DNA of 64,000 bases from Kiritimatiellia bacterium (GTDB lineage: Bacteria; Verrucomicrobiota; Kiritimatiellia; RFP12; UBA1067): positions 59,226 to 123,225 of the forward strand of contig JAFPUH010000037.1 in NCBI GenBank assembly GCA_017395505.1, read 5' to 3'. Made by a program: the position numbers and the translations under genes. Shown piece after piece: positions 55,367 to 63,860 of this stretch; position 1 is the stretch's first letter, and every line of letters starts with the position of its first letter. Below the pieces are notes generated by a model. It had not been told where the DNA came from and made no database searches. It saw nothing but the letters and a program-made list of their open reading frames with translations.

Positions 55367-57154
55367 TTAGCCGTGGCTGATCGCGCCGAACTTGCAGGTC
55401 GCCTCGCACGCGCCGCACTTGACGCACTTCGCGGGGTCGATGACGTGAGGCTGCTTGACGCTACCCGTGATCGCGCCTGCGGGGCACTTGCGGGCGCACA
55501 TCGTGCAGCCCTTGCACTTCGCGGCATCGATCTTGTACTGGACGAGCTTCGAGCACTTGCCCGAGCGGCACTTCTTGTCCTTGATGTGCTCCATGTATTC
55601 GTCCATGAAGTACTGCAGGGTCGAGCGCACGGGGTTCGAGGCGGTCTGGCCGAGGCCGCAGAGCGAAGCCTTGTTCATGGCGTCGCAGATCTGCTGCATG
55701 TCGGCGATGTCCTGCTCGGTGCCGCGACCCTCGGAGATCTTCTTGAGGTAGTTGAGGAGCTTGCGTCCGCCGATGCGGCAGGGCGCGCACTTTCCGCAGC
55801 TCTCGTCGACCGTGAAGTCGAGGTAGAACTTCGCGATGTCTACGACGCAGTCCGTCTCGTCCATGACGATGAGGCCGCCGGAGCCCATGATCGAGCCGAT
55901 CTTCGCGAGCGACTCGTAGTCGATCGGGGTGTCGAGGAACTGGGGCGGGATGATGCCGCCGGAAGGTCCGCCGGTCTGGGCCGCCTTGAACTGGTGGCCG
56001 CCGCGGATTCCGCCGCCGATGTCGAAGATGATCTCGCGGAGCGTCGTGCCCATCGGGACTTCGATGAGGCCCGAGTTGTTCACCTTGCCCGTGAGAGCGA
56101 AGACCTTGGTGCCCTTCGTCGTCGCCGTGCCGATCTTCGAGAACCAGTCCGCGCCCTTGTTGATGATGACGGGGATGTTCGCGAGGGTCTCGACGTTGTT
56201 GATGACGGTCGGACGTCCCCAAAGGCCCTTGACAGCCGGGAACGGAGGACGCGGACGCGGCATGCCGCGGTTGCCCTCGATGGACTGGAGAAGAGCCGTC
56301 TCTTCGCCGCAGACGAACGCGCCGGCGCCGAAACGGAGCTCGATCTCGAAGTCGAAGCCGCTGCCGAGGATGTCCTTGCCGAGAAGGCCGAGCTCGGAAG
56401 CCTGCTTGATGGCGACCTGGAGACGGTGGATCGCGAGCGGGTATTCCGCGCGGATGTAGATGAAGCCCTTCGAAGCGCCAATCGCGTAGCCGGCGATGAT
56501 CATGGCCTCGAGAATGGAGTGGGGGTCGCCCTCAAGGGTCGAGCGGTCCATATACGCGCCGGGGTCGCCCTCGTCGGCGTTGCAGACCATGTACTTCTGG
56601 CCCTTGGGCTGCTGCTGCGCAAACTTCCACTTCATGCCTGTCGGGAAGCCTGCGCCGCCGCGGCCGCGAAGGCCGGACTTAAGCATCTCCTCGACGACCT
56701 GCTCGGGCGTCATCTCGAAGAGCACCTTTTCGATCGCCTTGTAGCCGTCGCGCGCAATGTAGTCCTCGATCTTCTCGGGGTCGATCACGCCGCAATTGCG
56801 GAGGACGATGCGGTACTGCTTCTGGTAGAACGGAATGTTCGCCTCGGCGACGAGCTTCTTCGCCTGCTCGGGGTCGTAGCAGAGGCGCTGTACGACGCGG
56901 CCCTTGACGAGGTGCTCCGCGACGATCTCCTTGACGTCTTCTGGCTTGACCTGCACATAGAACGTGCCCTGCGGAAGGATCTTCACGATCGGGCCCTGCT
57001 CGCAGAAGCCGAGGCAGCCCGTGGTGACGACCTGGACGGTCGAGTCTAGGTTCTGCGCCTTGAGCTCGTCGTGGAACGCCTCGACGATCTTGTCGCCGCC
57101 GCCCGAGAAGCAGGCGGTGCCGCCACAGATCAGTACATAAGATTGATAAGCCAT
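55367..57154 (-). CDS. hndC: NuoF-like NAD(P)H-binding flavoprotein subunit of the hydrogenase (HndC/HydB)
   Basis: Thioredoxin-like 2Fe-2S N-terminus, NuoF FMN/NADH core (GRGGAGFPTG), C-terminal 4Fe-4S motifs. Confidence 0.9.
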   Translation of the reverse strand: MAYQSYVLICGGTACFSGGGDKIVEAFHDELKAQNLDSTVQVVTTGCLGFCEQGPIVKILPQGTFYVQVKPEDVKEIVAEHLVKGRVVQRLCYDPEQAKKLVAEANIPFYQKQYRIVLRNCGVIDPEKIEDYIARDGYKAIEKVLFEMTPEQVVEEMLKSGLRGRGGAGFPTGMKWKFAQQQPKGQKYMVCNADEGDPGAYMDRSTLEGDPHSILEAMIIAGYAIGASKGFIYIRAEYPLAIHRLQVAIKQASELGLLGKDILGSGFDFEIELRFGAGAFVCGEETALLQSIEGNRGMPRPRPPFPAVKGLWGRPTVINNVETLANIPVIINKGADWFSKIGTATTKGTKVFALTGKVNNSGLIEVPMGTTLREIIFDIGGGIRGGHQFKAAQTGGPSGGIIPPQFLDTPIDYESLAKIGSIMGSGGLIVMDETDCVVDIAKFYLDFTVDESCGKCAPCRIGGRKLLNYLKKISEGRGTEQDIADMQQICDAMNKASLCGLGQTASNPVRSTLQYFMDEYMEHIKDKKCRSGKCSKLVQYKIDAAKCKGCTMCARKCPAGAITGSVKQPHVIDPAKCVKCGACEATCKFGAISHG

Positions 57155-57169
57155 TGTGTCTCCTTACTT

Positions 57170-57565
57170 TCAGGCGTTCTTGACGATATCGACCGAAGGC
57201 CTGTCGAGGATCTTGCCCTCAATGAGGTTGTGGCCGACGATGTGCTTCTCGACGATCTCCTTCGCGGTCGCGGCATCGACGTGACCGTAGATGACCGCGG
57301 GCATTCCGGGGACGACGACCTCGACGGTCGGCTCGGAGTGGCAGAGGCCCATGCAGCCCGTCTGGCGGATGAGGACGTTCGTGAGGCCCTTCTCTGTGAG
57401 CGTATCTACGAGGGCAGTGAATGTATCCTTCGCGCCGGCGGCTATGCCGCAGGTACCCATGCCGACGATGACCTGCACGTCCTTGTTGGAGTTGTCGCGC
57501 ATTTCCATCGCCTTCTGCTTTTCGCCGCGCATCTTGCGCAGGTCGTCCAGTGTAAGCTTTGCCAT
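57170..57565 (-). CDS. hndB: Thioredoxin-like [2Fe-2S] ferredoxin subunit (HndB-like)
   Basis: 131 aa with a CxxxxC...C...C 2Fe-2S thioredoxin-like ferredoxin pattern (GTCGIAAG...CMGLCH). Confidence 0.7.
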   Translation of the reverse strand: MAKLTLDDLRKMRGEKQKAMEMRDNSNKDVQVIVGMGTCGIAAGAKDTFTALVDTLTEKGLTNVLIRQTGCMGLCHSEPTVEVVVPGMPAVIYGHVDAATAKEIVEKHIVGHNLIEGKILDRPSVDIVKNA

Positions 57566-57587
57566 TTTCCTGTCTCCTTAGATTAAA

Positions 57588-58067
57588 TTAGCCGCGCTCG
57601 CGGTAGATCTTGATGAGGCGCTCGACATCCTTCGTCTCGAGCTTGCCGTGCACTTCGCCGTTGATGACGACGACAGGGGCGAGGCCGCAGCAGCCGAGGC
57701 AGCGGACGGCTTCAACCGTAAAGAGCCCGTCGGGTGTCGTCGCATTGAGGCCGACGCCGAGCTGACGCTCGAACTCCTTGACGAGATCGTCGCCGCCTCT
57801 GAGGTAGCACGCCGTACCGAGGCACACCTGGATGATGTACTTGCCTGCCTTCTGCAGCTTGAAGAAGTTGTAGAAAGTCACCACGCCGTAGATCTTCGCG
57901 AGCGGCACCTCGAGCATCTCCGAGATTTCGATCGCAATGTTGCGCGGGATGTAGCCGTAGGTCTGCTGAACCTGGTGGAGCACCATGATCAGGTTGCCGG
58001 GCTTGGCCTTCCAATCAGTGACGAACGCCTTGAGTTCCGGCGTCATCTGTTCGAGTTGTTCGCTCAC
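57588..58067 (-). CDS. hndA: NuoE-like [2Fe-2S] subunit of the hydrogenase (HndA/HydC)
   Basis: GTG start; NuoE signature CLGTCYLRGG...CLGCC. First gene of the operon, with GGAG SD and a TGGTATAAT promoter at 58108-58116. Confidence 0.85.
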   Translation of the reverse strand: MSEQLEQMTPELKAFVTDWKAKPGNLIMVLHQVQQTYGYIPRNIAIEISEMLEVPLAKIYGVVTFYNFFKLQKAGKYIIQVCLGTACYLRGGDDLVKEFERQLGVGLNATTPDGLFTVEAVRCLGCCGLAPVVVINGEVHGKLETKDVERLIKIYRERG

Positions 58068-58107
58068 GAGTGTTTCTCCATAATCTAGTTGTTAGAGTTT
58101 GATGGGA

Positions 58108-58116
58108 TTATACCAA
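58108..58116 (-). promoter_or_regulatory. Extended -10 (TGGTATAAT) promoter for the hndABCD operon
   Basis: rc of ATTATACCA; about 40-nt leader containing GGAGAAACACTC-GTG. Confidence 0.5.
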
Positions 58117-58154
58117 ATACTCCGAACGCCTGCAACCAGTTAGATAGGTCTAAT

Positions 58155-58307
58155 TTATATCTTCAGGCAGATGACGAGCAGCTCGACGGCAATGACGACG
58201 AGCGAGGCGGCGATGACTATTCCGACGGCCGTAATCATCCGCCCCCACTCACGGAAAGCCGTCGCGGACTCCCTCGCCGATTCCTTGATGTTGTCGAACC
58301 ATTTCAT
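58155..58307 (-). CDS. Unannotated 50-aa single-TM peptide (MKWFDNIKESARESATAFREWGRMITAVGIVIAASLVVIAVELLVICLKI), leaderless
   Basis: Not in the ORF track (under 60 aa). TGATATACT sits 7 nt before the ATG. Polar N-terminal half, then one hydrophobic helix. The opposite-strand 60-aa ORF (58171..58353 +) has no such signals. Confidence 0.35.
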   Translation of the reverse strand: MKWFDNIKESARESATAFREWGRMITAVGIVIAASLVVIAVELLVICLKI

Positions 58308-58433
58308 GCAGTCAGTATATCATATCCAGCCCCTTCCCGCAACCAGACATTAAAGCCGCCGTCTTTATCGCCCAACTCTTAAGGCCTAGGCGGAATTCGG
58401 GTTGGTATTGTATTTAGATTCTCTTTTCTATTC

Positions 58434-58500
58434 TCTTTTGTGTCCCGCTGTGGGAGGGTATCCCTCCCGCTGTGGGAGGGTGGGGGTCCCACTCTGGGAT
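58434..58500. repeat. Tandem hairpin repeats (CCC)TCCCGCTGTGGGAGGG(T) x2 plus a degenerate third unit
   Basis: GTGTCCCGCTGTGGGAGGGTATCCCTCCCGCTGTGGGAGGGTGGGGGTCCCACTCTGGGATG. Each unit is itself an inverted repeat (CCCTCCC-GCTGT-GGGAGGG). Confidence 0.7.
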
Positions 58501-58598
58501 GATGTCCCCTACAGTTAGGGAGATGTAGCGTGTACTTGATTGGCATAATGATGCGATGGCGAATCTTCTACAAAAAACGCCCTTCGACGCTGCTGTGC

Positions 58599-58760
58599 AG
58601 GTCCAGGCGGGCAAGGCGTCAAAGTCCCGGGACCCCAGACCTTTTTCCCCCGCCACTTTTCGTATTGGGGTCCCAGGGCCCTACACGTCAAACCCCCAGG
58701 ACTTTGACCATTGGGGTCCTAGGACTTTGCTCCCCTCCCCGCGTGGCCCTTTCTAGCCGC
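58599..58760. repeat. REP-like intergenic element, copy B (about 160 bp; one GTCCTAGGAC palindrome); homologous to 17821..18030
   Basis: Same orientation and about 85% identity with copy A over the alignable parts. The spurious 58414..58656 ORF lies inside it. Confidence 0.8.
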
Positions 58761-58835
58761 GACCGTCTAAGCGCAACCAACACCCAGGGGCAGCAAGCTT
58801 CAACCCAAAGAAATGCTCAAGTCACAGGAACAGAG

Positions 58836-58878
58836 ATATAACACCAAATCGCCGTGCTCATTTCAAGTGGGGCGAAAG
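58836..58878. repeat. Diverged R190 3'-tail (hairpin TCGCCGTGC-TCATTTCAA-GTGGGGCGA plus TGGTGTTAT) next to REP-B
   Basis: ATATAACACCAAATCGCCGTGCTCATTTCAAGTGGGGCGAAAG aligns to the R190 tail ATGATACCATATCGCCGCGCTCATTTCAAGCGCGGCGAGAG. Confidence 0.55.
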
Positions 58879-58950
58879 TGCAGGCCATCTTCGCGCTTGC
58901 TTACTCTGCGGCGAATATAGTATAATATGCATTAATTTAATGGTGGCAAT

Positions 58951-59988
58951 ATGCTAGTAGCAAAGAGCGTACGCAAACTGACTGCTTACACGCCCGGCGA
59001 ACAGCCGAAGGCGAAGGATGTGGTCAAGCTGAACACGAACGAGAACCCCTATCCGCCTTCCCCGGAATGCGCAAAGGTGCTCTCCGGCTTCGACCTCGAC
59101 AAGCTGCGCCGCTACCCCGACCCGGAATTCTGCGAGCTTCGCAAGGCTATCGGCAGAATGGTGAAGGCCAACCCCGAGAACATCTTCATCGGCAACGGGT
59201 CCGACGAGATACTGGCTCTTTCGGCCAAGGCATTCGTCGAGGATGACGAGACGATCGGCTCGCTTGATCCGTCGTATTCCCTCTACAAGACGCTTGCGGC
59301 GATACGCGACGTAGAATGGCGCGGTTTCGGCGACCTCTGCGACGTCAAGGGCGAAGGCGCGAAGAAGCTGGCGCTTTTCCTTTTGACGAACCCGAACGCG
59401 CCGACGGGTGTGCTGAAACCGCGCGCCGAAGTCGCCGCGTTCGCCAAGCGCTTCAAGGGTGTCGTAATGGTCGATGAGGCATACGCCGACTTCTCGCGCG
59501 AAAACTGCATGGCCCTCGCGACCGCGAAGGACAACGAGAACGTCATCGTGATGCGCACCTTCTCGAAGAGCTTCTCGCTCGCGGGGCTGCGCGTCGGATA
59601 CTGCGTGGGGCCGAAGCCGCTTGTCGACGCGCTCTACAAGGTGAAGGATTCCTACAACGTCGATGCCGTCGCACAGGCCGTCGCGCTCGCCGCCGTAAAG
59701 GACGCCAAGTGGATGCGCGCGAACGTGAAGAAGGTCGTCGCGACCAAGAGGCGCTTCGTGGCGGAGCTCGAGAGGCGCGGCTGGGACGTGATGCCGAGCG
59801 AGTCCAACTTCGTCTTCGCAAGGCCGGCGCACGCGAAGGCTTCCGAGATTTTTGAACGGTTAAGGGGCAGACATATCTACGTCAGGTACTTTAGCGGCCC
59901 GAAGACGGCCGATCGTCTTCGGGTTACGATAGGGACCGACGGGCAGATGGCGACGTTGCTCGCAGCGCTCGACGAGTTCGACAGGTAA
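58951..59988 (+). CDS. hisC: Histidinol-phosphate aminotransferase
   Basis: Class II aminotransferase; LNTNENPYPPSP; PLP-lysine region FSKSFSLAGLRVGY. Plus-strand TAGTATAAT at about 58906-58914. Confidence 0.95.
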   Translation: MLVAKSVRKLTAYTPGEQPKAKDVVKLNTNENPYPPSPECAKVLSGFDLDKLRRYPDPEFCELRKAIGRMVKANPENIFIGNGSDEILALSAKAFVEDDETIGSLDPSYSLYKTLAAIRDVEWRGFGDLCDVKGEGAKKLALFLLTNPNAPTGVLKPRAEVAAFAKRFKGVVMVDEAYADFSRENCMALATAKDNENVIVMRTFSKSFSLAGLRVGYCVGPKPLVDALYKVKDSYNVDAVAQAVALAAVKDAKWMRANVKKVVATKRRFVAELERRGWDVMPSESNFVFARPAHAKASEIFERLRGRHIYVRYFSGPKTADRLRVTIGTDGQMATLLAALDEFDR

Positions 59989-60022
59989 GCGGAAACCGTT
60001 CACAAAAGCAAAACTACTCAAA

Positions 60023-61378
60023 ATGGAACTTCTAAACTCTCTCTATCCCGTCATCCCACAGGATGTAAACTCTCCTACGCACCCCGTATCGGCCATGGAC
60101 TATATGCCGGTCGAGCAGCTTCGCGCACTCCAGCTGCACCGTCTCAAGTGGACGGTCGAATACGCCTACGAGCGTGTGCCGCTGTTCCGCAAGCGCTGCG
60201 ACGAGCGTGGCGTAAGGCCCGAGCACATAAAGACGCTCGCCGACATCAAGCTGCTGCCCTTCTCCAAAAAGGTCGATCTGCGCGACGAATACCCGATGGG
60301 GCTTCGCGGCGCACCGATGGACGAGATAGTGCGTTTCCACTGCTCGAGCGGAACGACGGGCAAGCCGATCTGCATCCCCAACACGCTCGGCGACGTGGCC
60401 GTATGGCAGAACGGCGCGATGCGCTGCCTCGCGATGTACGGCATCCGCGCCGGCGACGTGCTGCAGGTCAGCTACGGCTACGGACTCTTCACGGGCGGCC
60501 TCGGTCTGCACTACGGCGGCGAAGGAATGGGCTGCGCGGTGCTGCCGACAAGCGGAGGCAACACTGAGCGCCAGGTCATGCTGATGCGCGATCTGGGCGT
60601 CAACGCCATCGCCTGCACGCCGAGCTACTTCCTTCGCATCATGGACGAGGCCAAGCGCCAGGGCGTCGACTTCAGGCGCGACACCAAGCTCAGGCACGGC
60701 ATCTTCGGCGCCGAGCCGTGGACAACCGAGATGCGCGACACGATCGAACGCGAGACGGGCATCGTCGCCCACGACATCTACGGCCTCACGGAGATCGCCG
60801 GCCCTGGCGTCGCCGGCGACTGCCAGCACAGGACCGGCCTGCACATCTGGGAAGACCACTTCTATCCTGAGATCATCGACCCCGAGACGCTCGAGCCGCT
60901 GCCTGACGGAGAGGTCGGCGAACTCGTCTTCACGACGATATCGCGCACCGGCACGCCGATGATACGCTACCGCACTCGCGACCTCACGAGGCTGCACACC
61001 GAAAAGTGTCCGTGCGGCAGGACGATGCGCGTGATGGACCGCATCTCCGCGCGCTCCGACGACATGCTGATCATACACGGCGTCAACGTGTTCCCCGGGC
61101 AGATCGAGGCGGGGCTTCTGCGCGTGCCGGAGGTTGCGCCGCACTACCAGATCATTCTTTCGTCGACCGACACCCTCGACCTCTTCGAGATCAAGGTCGA
61201 GGTCAACGCCGAGGCGTTCTCGGATTCCGTGAGAAAGATGGAGGAGCTGCGCAAGCGCGTCTTCGACGCCGTAAAGTCCATCATCGGCCTCTCCGCGAAG
61301 ATCATACTCGTCGAGCCGGGTTCGCTCCCGCGCAGCGAAGGCAAGATCAAGCGCGTAATAGACAACCGCCGCAAGTAA
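60023..61378 (+). CDS. Phenylacetate--CoA ligase family protein (PaaK / F390-synthetase-like adenylating enzyme)
   Basis: 451 aa; AMP-binding motif SSGTTGKP and the PaaK-like N-terminal region (LQLHRLKWTVEYAYERVPLFRKR). Confidence 0.85.
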   Translation: MELLNSLYPVIPQDVNSPTHPVSAMDYMPVEQLRALQLHRLKWTVEYAYERVPLFRKRCDERGVRPEHIKTLADIKLLPFSKKVDLRDEYPMGLRGAPMDEIVRFHCSSGTTGKPICIPNTLGDVAVWQNGAMRCLAMYGIRAGDVLQVSYGYGLFTGGLGLHYGGEGMGCAVLPTSGGNTERQVMLMRDLGVNAIACTPSYFLRIMDEAKRQGVDFRRDTKLRHGIFGAEPWTTEMRDTIERETGIVAHDIYGLTEIAGPGVAGDCQHRTGLHIWEDHFYPEIIDPETLEPLPDGEVGELVFTTISRTGTPMIRYRTRDLTRLHTEKCPCGRTMRVMDRISARSDDMLIIHGVNVFPGQIEAGLLRVPEVAPHYQIILSSTDTLDLFEIKVEVNAEAFSDSVRKMEELRKRVFDAVKSIIGLSAKIILVEPGSLPRSEGKIKRVIDNRRK

Positions 61379-61393
61379 GGAGGGAGGGAACGG

Positions 61394-62458
61394 ATGAAGA
61401 ACTTCTTCAAGAGCGTCAGAAGGCATATCGGAAAGCTCGACGTCGGACAGCTGAGGGAGCAGTACAACCTCATCTCCGACGAGGCGGAGTTCTTCGATCT
61501 CATCCTCGGCACTCTTGACCGCGGCATACTCGTGCTTGATGACGAGCATGGCGAGGTGAAGTTCTCGAACGCCGCAGTCAAGACGCTCCTCGGCATGGAT
61601 CCCCTTCAAGCCGTGGAGGTTCTTGCGATTCCGCTCGGCAAGGCGTCGAAGCGCGAGATGACCGTTTCGTATCCCGAGGCGCGGGTGTTGGAGATGCAGA
61701 CCTTTCCGATGAAGGGCCGCACTCTTGTGCTGATACGCGACACGACCGCGGAAAAGGTCAGGTCCGAAGAGGAGCTCAGGGCCGGCGCGACAAAGGCAGT
61801 GAGGGATCTTGCGGCCGGCGTCGCGCACGAGATCGGCAATCCGCTGAATGCGATCGCGCTCAACCTTCAGCTTCTCCAGCGCCAGCTCAAGGGTGACGAG
61901 ACGGTAAAGGAATGCCTGCACCAGGTCGCGAGGCTCGACGGCATAATTCGCGGGTTCCTCGCGGCGCTCAGGCCGGCCAAGCCCAACCTCATGCCGGGCT
62001 CGGTGGCGGAGCCTCTCACCGCATGCCTTCGCACCCTCAAGCAGCAGTTCGAGGACAGGCGCATCTCGGTGACGCTCGACATTCCGGGCGCGCTCCCGAG
62101 CGTCGCCATAGACCGCAACCAGATGGAGCAGGTGTTCTTCAACCTTCTCAAGAACGCGCTCGAGGCGATGCATGACGGGGGCAAGATCGCAATCGCAGTC
62201 CACAGCGACGACAACGACGTCATCGTCACGATCAGGGATTCCGGCATCGGCATGACGAACGAACAGCTGGCGCATCTCTTCGAGCCGTACAGCACGAACA
62301 AGTCGGGCGGATCGGGTCTCGGGCTCATGGTGACGTTGCGCATCGTCCACGACCACGGCGGGACCATAGCGGCCGAATCCGTGCGCGGCGAAGGCTCCAT
62401 GTTCACCGTGAAGCTGCCCAGGATAGAGCGCAGGATAAGGGAGCTCAAGCAATGCTGA
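61394..62458 (+). CDS. Sensor histidine kinase (cytoplasmic, PAS-like N-terminus; NtrB-like)
   Basis: H-box HEIGNPLNAI; N, G1, G2 boxes (DSGIGM, GGSGLGL). Strong SD AAGGAGGG. Confidence 0.8.
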   Translation: MKNFFKSVRRHIGKLDVGQLREQYNLISDEAEFFDLILGTLDRGILVLDDEHGEVKFSNAAVKTLLGMDPLQAVEVLAIPLGKASKREMTVSYPEARVLEMQTFPMKGRTLVLIRDTTAEKVRSEEELRAGATKAVRDLAAGVAHEIGNPLNAIALNLQLLQRQLKGDETVKECLHQVARLDGIIRGFLAALRPAKPNLMPGSVAEPLTACLRTLKQQFEDRRISVTLDIPGALPSVAIDRNQMEQVFFNLLKNALEAMHDGGKIAIAVHSDDNDVIVTIRDSGIGMTNEQLAHLFEPYSTNKSGGSGLGLMVTLRIVHDHGGTIAAESVRGEGSMFTVKLPRIERRIRELKQC

Positions 62459-63855
62459 AGCCTAAGATTCTCATCGTCGACGACGAGAGGCCGACACGCG
62501 ACGTAATGGCGCGCGCTCTCTCGGGAAAGTACCATTGCATCACAGCGCCCGACGCCGAACAGGCGATGTCGGCTGTAGCAGAAAACCCGGACCTCGCGCT
62601 TGTCATATCAGACGTGAGGATGCCTGGAGAAGACGGCGTCTCGCTGATCAGGCGGGCCAAGGCCGCGAACCCCAACCTGGCGTGCATGCTGCTGACGGCA
62701 TACGGCACCGTCGATCTCGCCGTAGCCGCGATGAAGGATGGCGCGGACGATTTCCTGACGAAGCCGATCACCGATCTGGACCAGCTCGAGCTCAGGGTGG
62801 ACAAGGCGATAAAGACGCGAGCCCTTGAGCGGCAGGTGGACGAGCTCAAGTCGCAGCTCGACGTGAAGCTCGAGACGTTCACCGGCAATTCTCCGCAGAT
62901 GCAGAAGGTCTACAGGCTCATACGTCAGGCTGCGCCGTCGAACGCGAACGTGCTGATCGAAGGTCCGAGCGGAACGGGCAAGGAGCTTGTTGCGCATGCT
63001 CTGCACAGCCTTTCGCCCAGGGCGGAGGGTCCGTTCGTCGCGGTCGAGTGCGCGGCGCTTTCGCCCACCCTTCTCGAGTCGGAGCTTTTCGGGCACGAGA
63101 AAGGCGCATTCACCGATGCGGTGCGGCAGAAGATCGGCCGCTTCGAGGCGGCGAACGGCGGAACGCTCTTCCTCGACGAGATATCGGAGATCGATGCGTC
63201 CACGCAGGTCAAGCTTCTCAGGGTGCTGGAGACGCGAACCTTCCAGCGGGTCGGCGGCACGGAGGACATAAAGACCGACATAAGGATCGTCGCCGCGACG
63301 AACCGCGACCTCGCGAAATACGTCGCGGAGGGCAAGTTCCGCGAAGACCTCTACTACAGGCTGAACGTAATCGACATCCACCTGCCGGCGCTGAAGGACA
63401 GGGTCGGCGACATCGCGCCGCTTGTTTCGCGCTTCCTAAAGGAGTTTGCGGCCGAGAACGGCGGGCGGGTAACCGGCATCGACGCGCGCGCAATGAAGGC
63501 GCTTGAGGACTATTCGTGGCCGGGCAATGTGAGGCAGCTTAGGAACATCGTCGAGAAGATGACCGTGCTTTCCGGCGGCGGCAGGCTGACGATAGACGAT
63601 GTGCCGGTCGAGATACTCGAGGGCGCTGCGCCCAAGGCGGTTGCCGAGCCGGAGCAACCGGCGACGGGCGAACCCGAGGCCGCACCTGCGGCGTACGACA
63701 TTCCGGCTACGCAGTCGCTGGCCGATTCGGAAAAGGCGAAGATACTGTCCGTGCTGGATTCCGTCAACGGCAACAAGTCAAAGGCGGCGGACATACTGGG
63801 CATCTCGCGCCGCACAATACACCGGAAGCTTAAGGAATGGAAGATAGAGACGTAA
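62452..63855 (+). CDS. Sigma-54-dependent response regulator (NtrC/Fis family)
   Basis: REC domain (DDE...D...K), AAA+ sigma-54 activator motifs (GPSGTGKE, GAFTDA, ESELFGHEKGAFT), C-terminal Fis-type HTH. Confidence 0.9.
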   Translation: MLKPKILIVDDERPTRDVMARALSGKYHCITAPDAEQAMSAVAENPDLALVISDVRMPGEDGVSLIRRAKAANPNLACMLLTAYGTVDLAVAAMKDGADDFLTKPITDLDQLELRVDKAIKTRALERQVDELKSQLDVKLETFTGNSPQMQKVYRLIRQAAPSNANVLIEGPSGTGKELVAHALHSLSPRAEGPFVAVECAALSPTLLESELFGHEKGAFTDAVRQKIGRFEAANGGTLFLDEISEIDASTQVKLLRVLETRTFQRVGGTEDIKTDIRIVAATNRDLAKYVAEGKFREDLYYRLNVIDIHLPALKDRVGDIAPLVSRFLKEFAAENGGRVTGIDARAMKALEDYSWPGNVRQLRNIVEKMTVLSGGGRLTIDDVPVEILEGAAPKAVAEPEQPATGEPEAAPAAYDIPATQSLADSEKAKILSVLDSVNGNKSKAADILGISRRTIHRKLKEWKIET

Positions 63856-63860
63856 GGAAC

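Noticed and set aside
58171-58353. 60-aa + strand ORF
   Set aside because: No promoter or SD. The opposite strand carries a better-supported leaderless 50-aa TM peptide with a TGATATACT -10.
58434-58500. Possible CRISPR array
   Set aside because: Only 2-3 short units of about 20 bp, directly abutting with no spacers and each internally palindromic. No cas genes nearby.
17821-58760. REP-A and REP-B as the direct-repeat ends of a 41-kb mobile element or prophage
   Set aside because: The intervening DNA is dominated by single-copy housekeeping genes (der, pheS, prfB, secDF, argH, truA, nadK). It has no integrase or phage genes and a native GC content.
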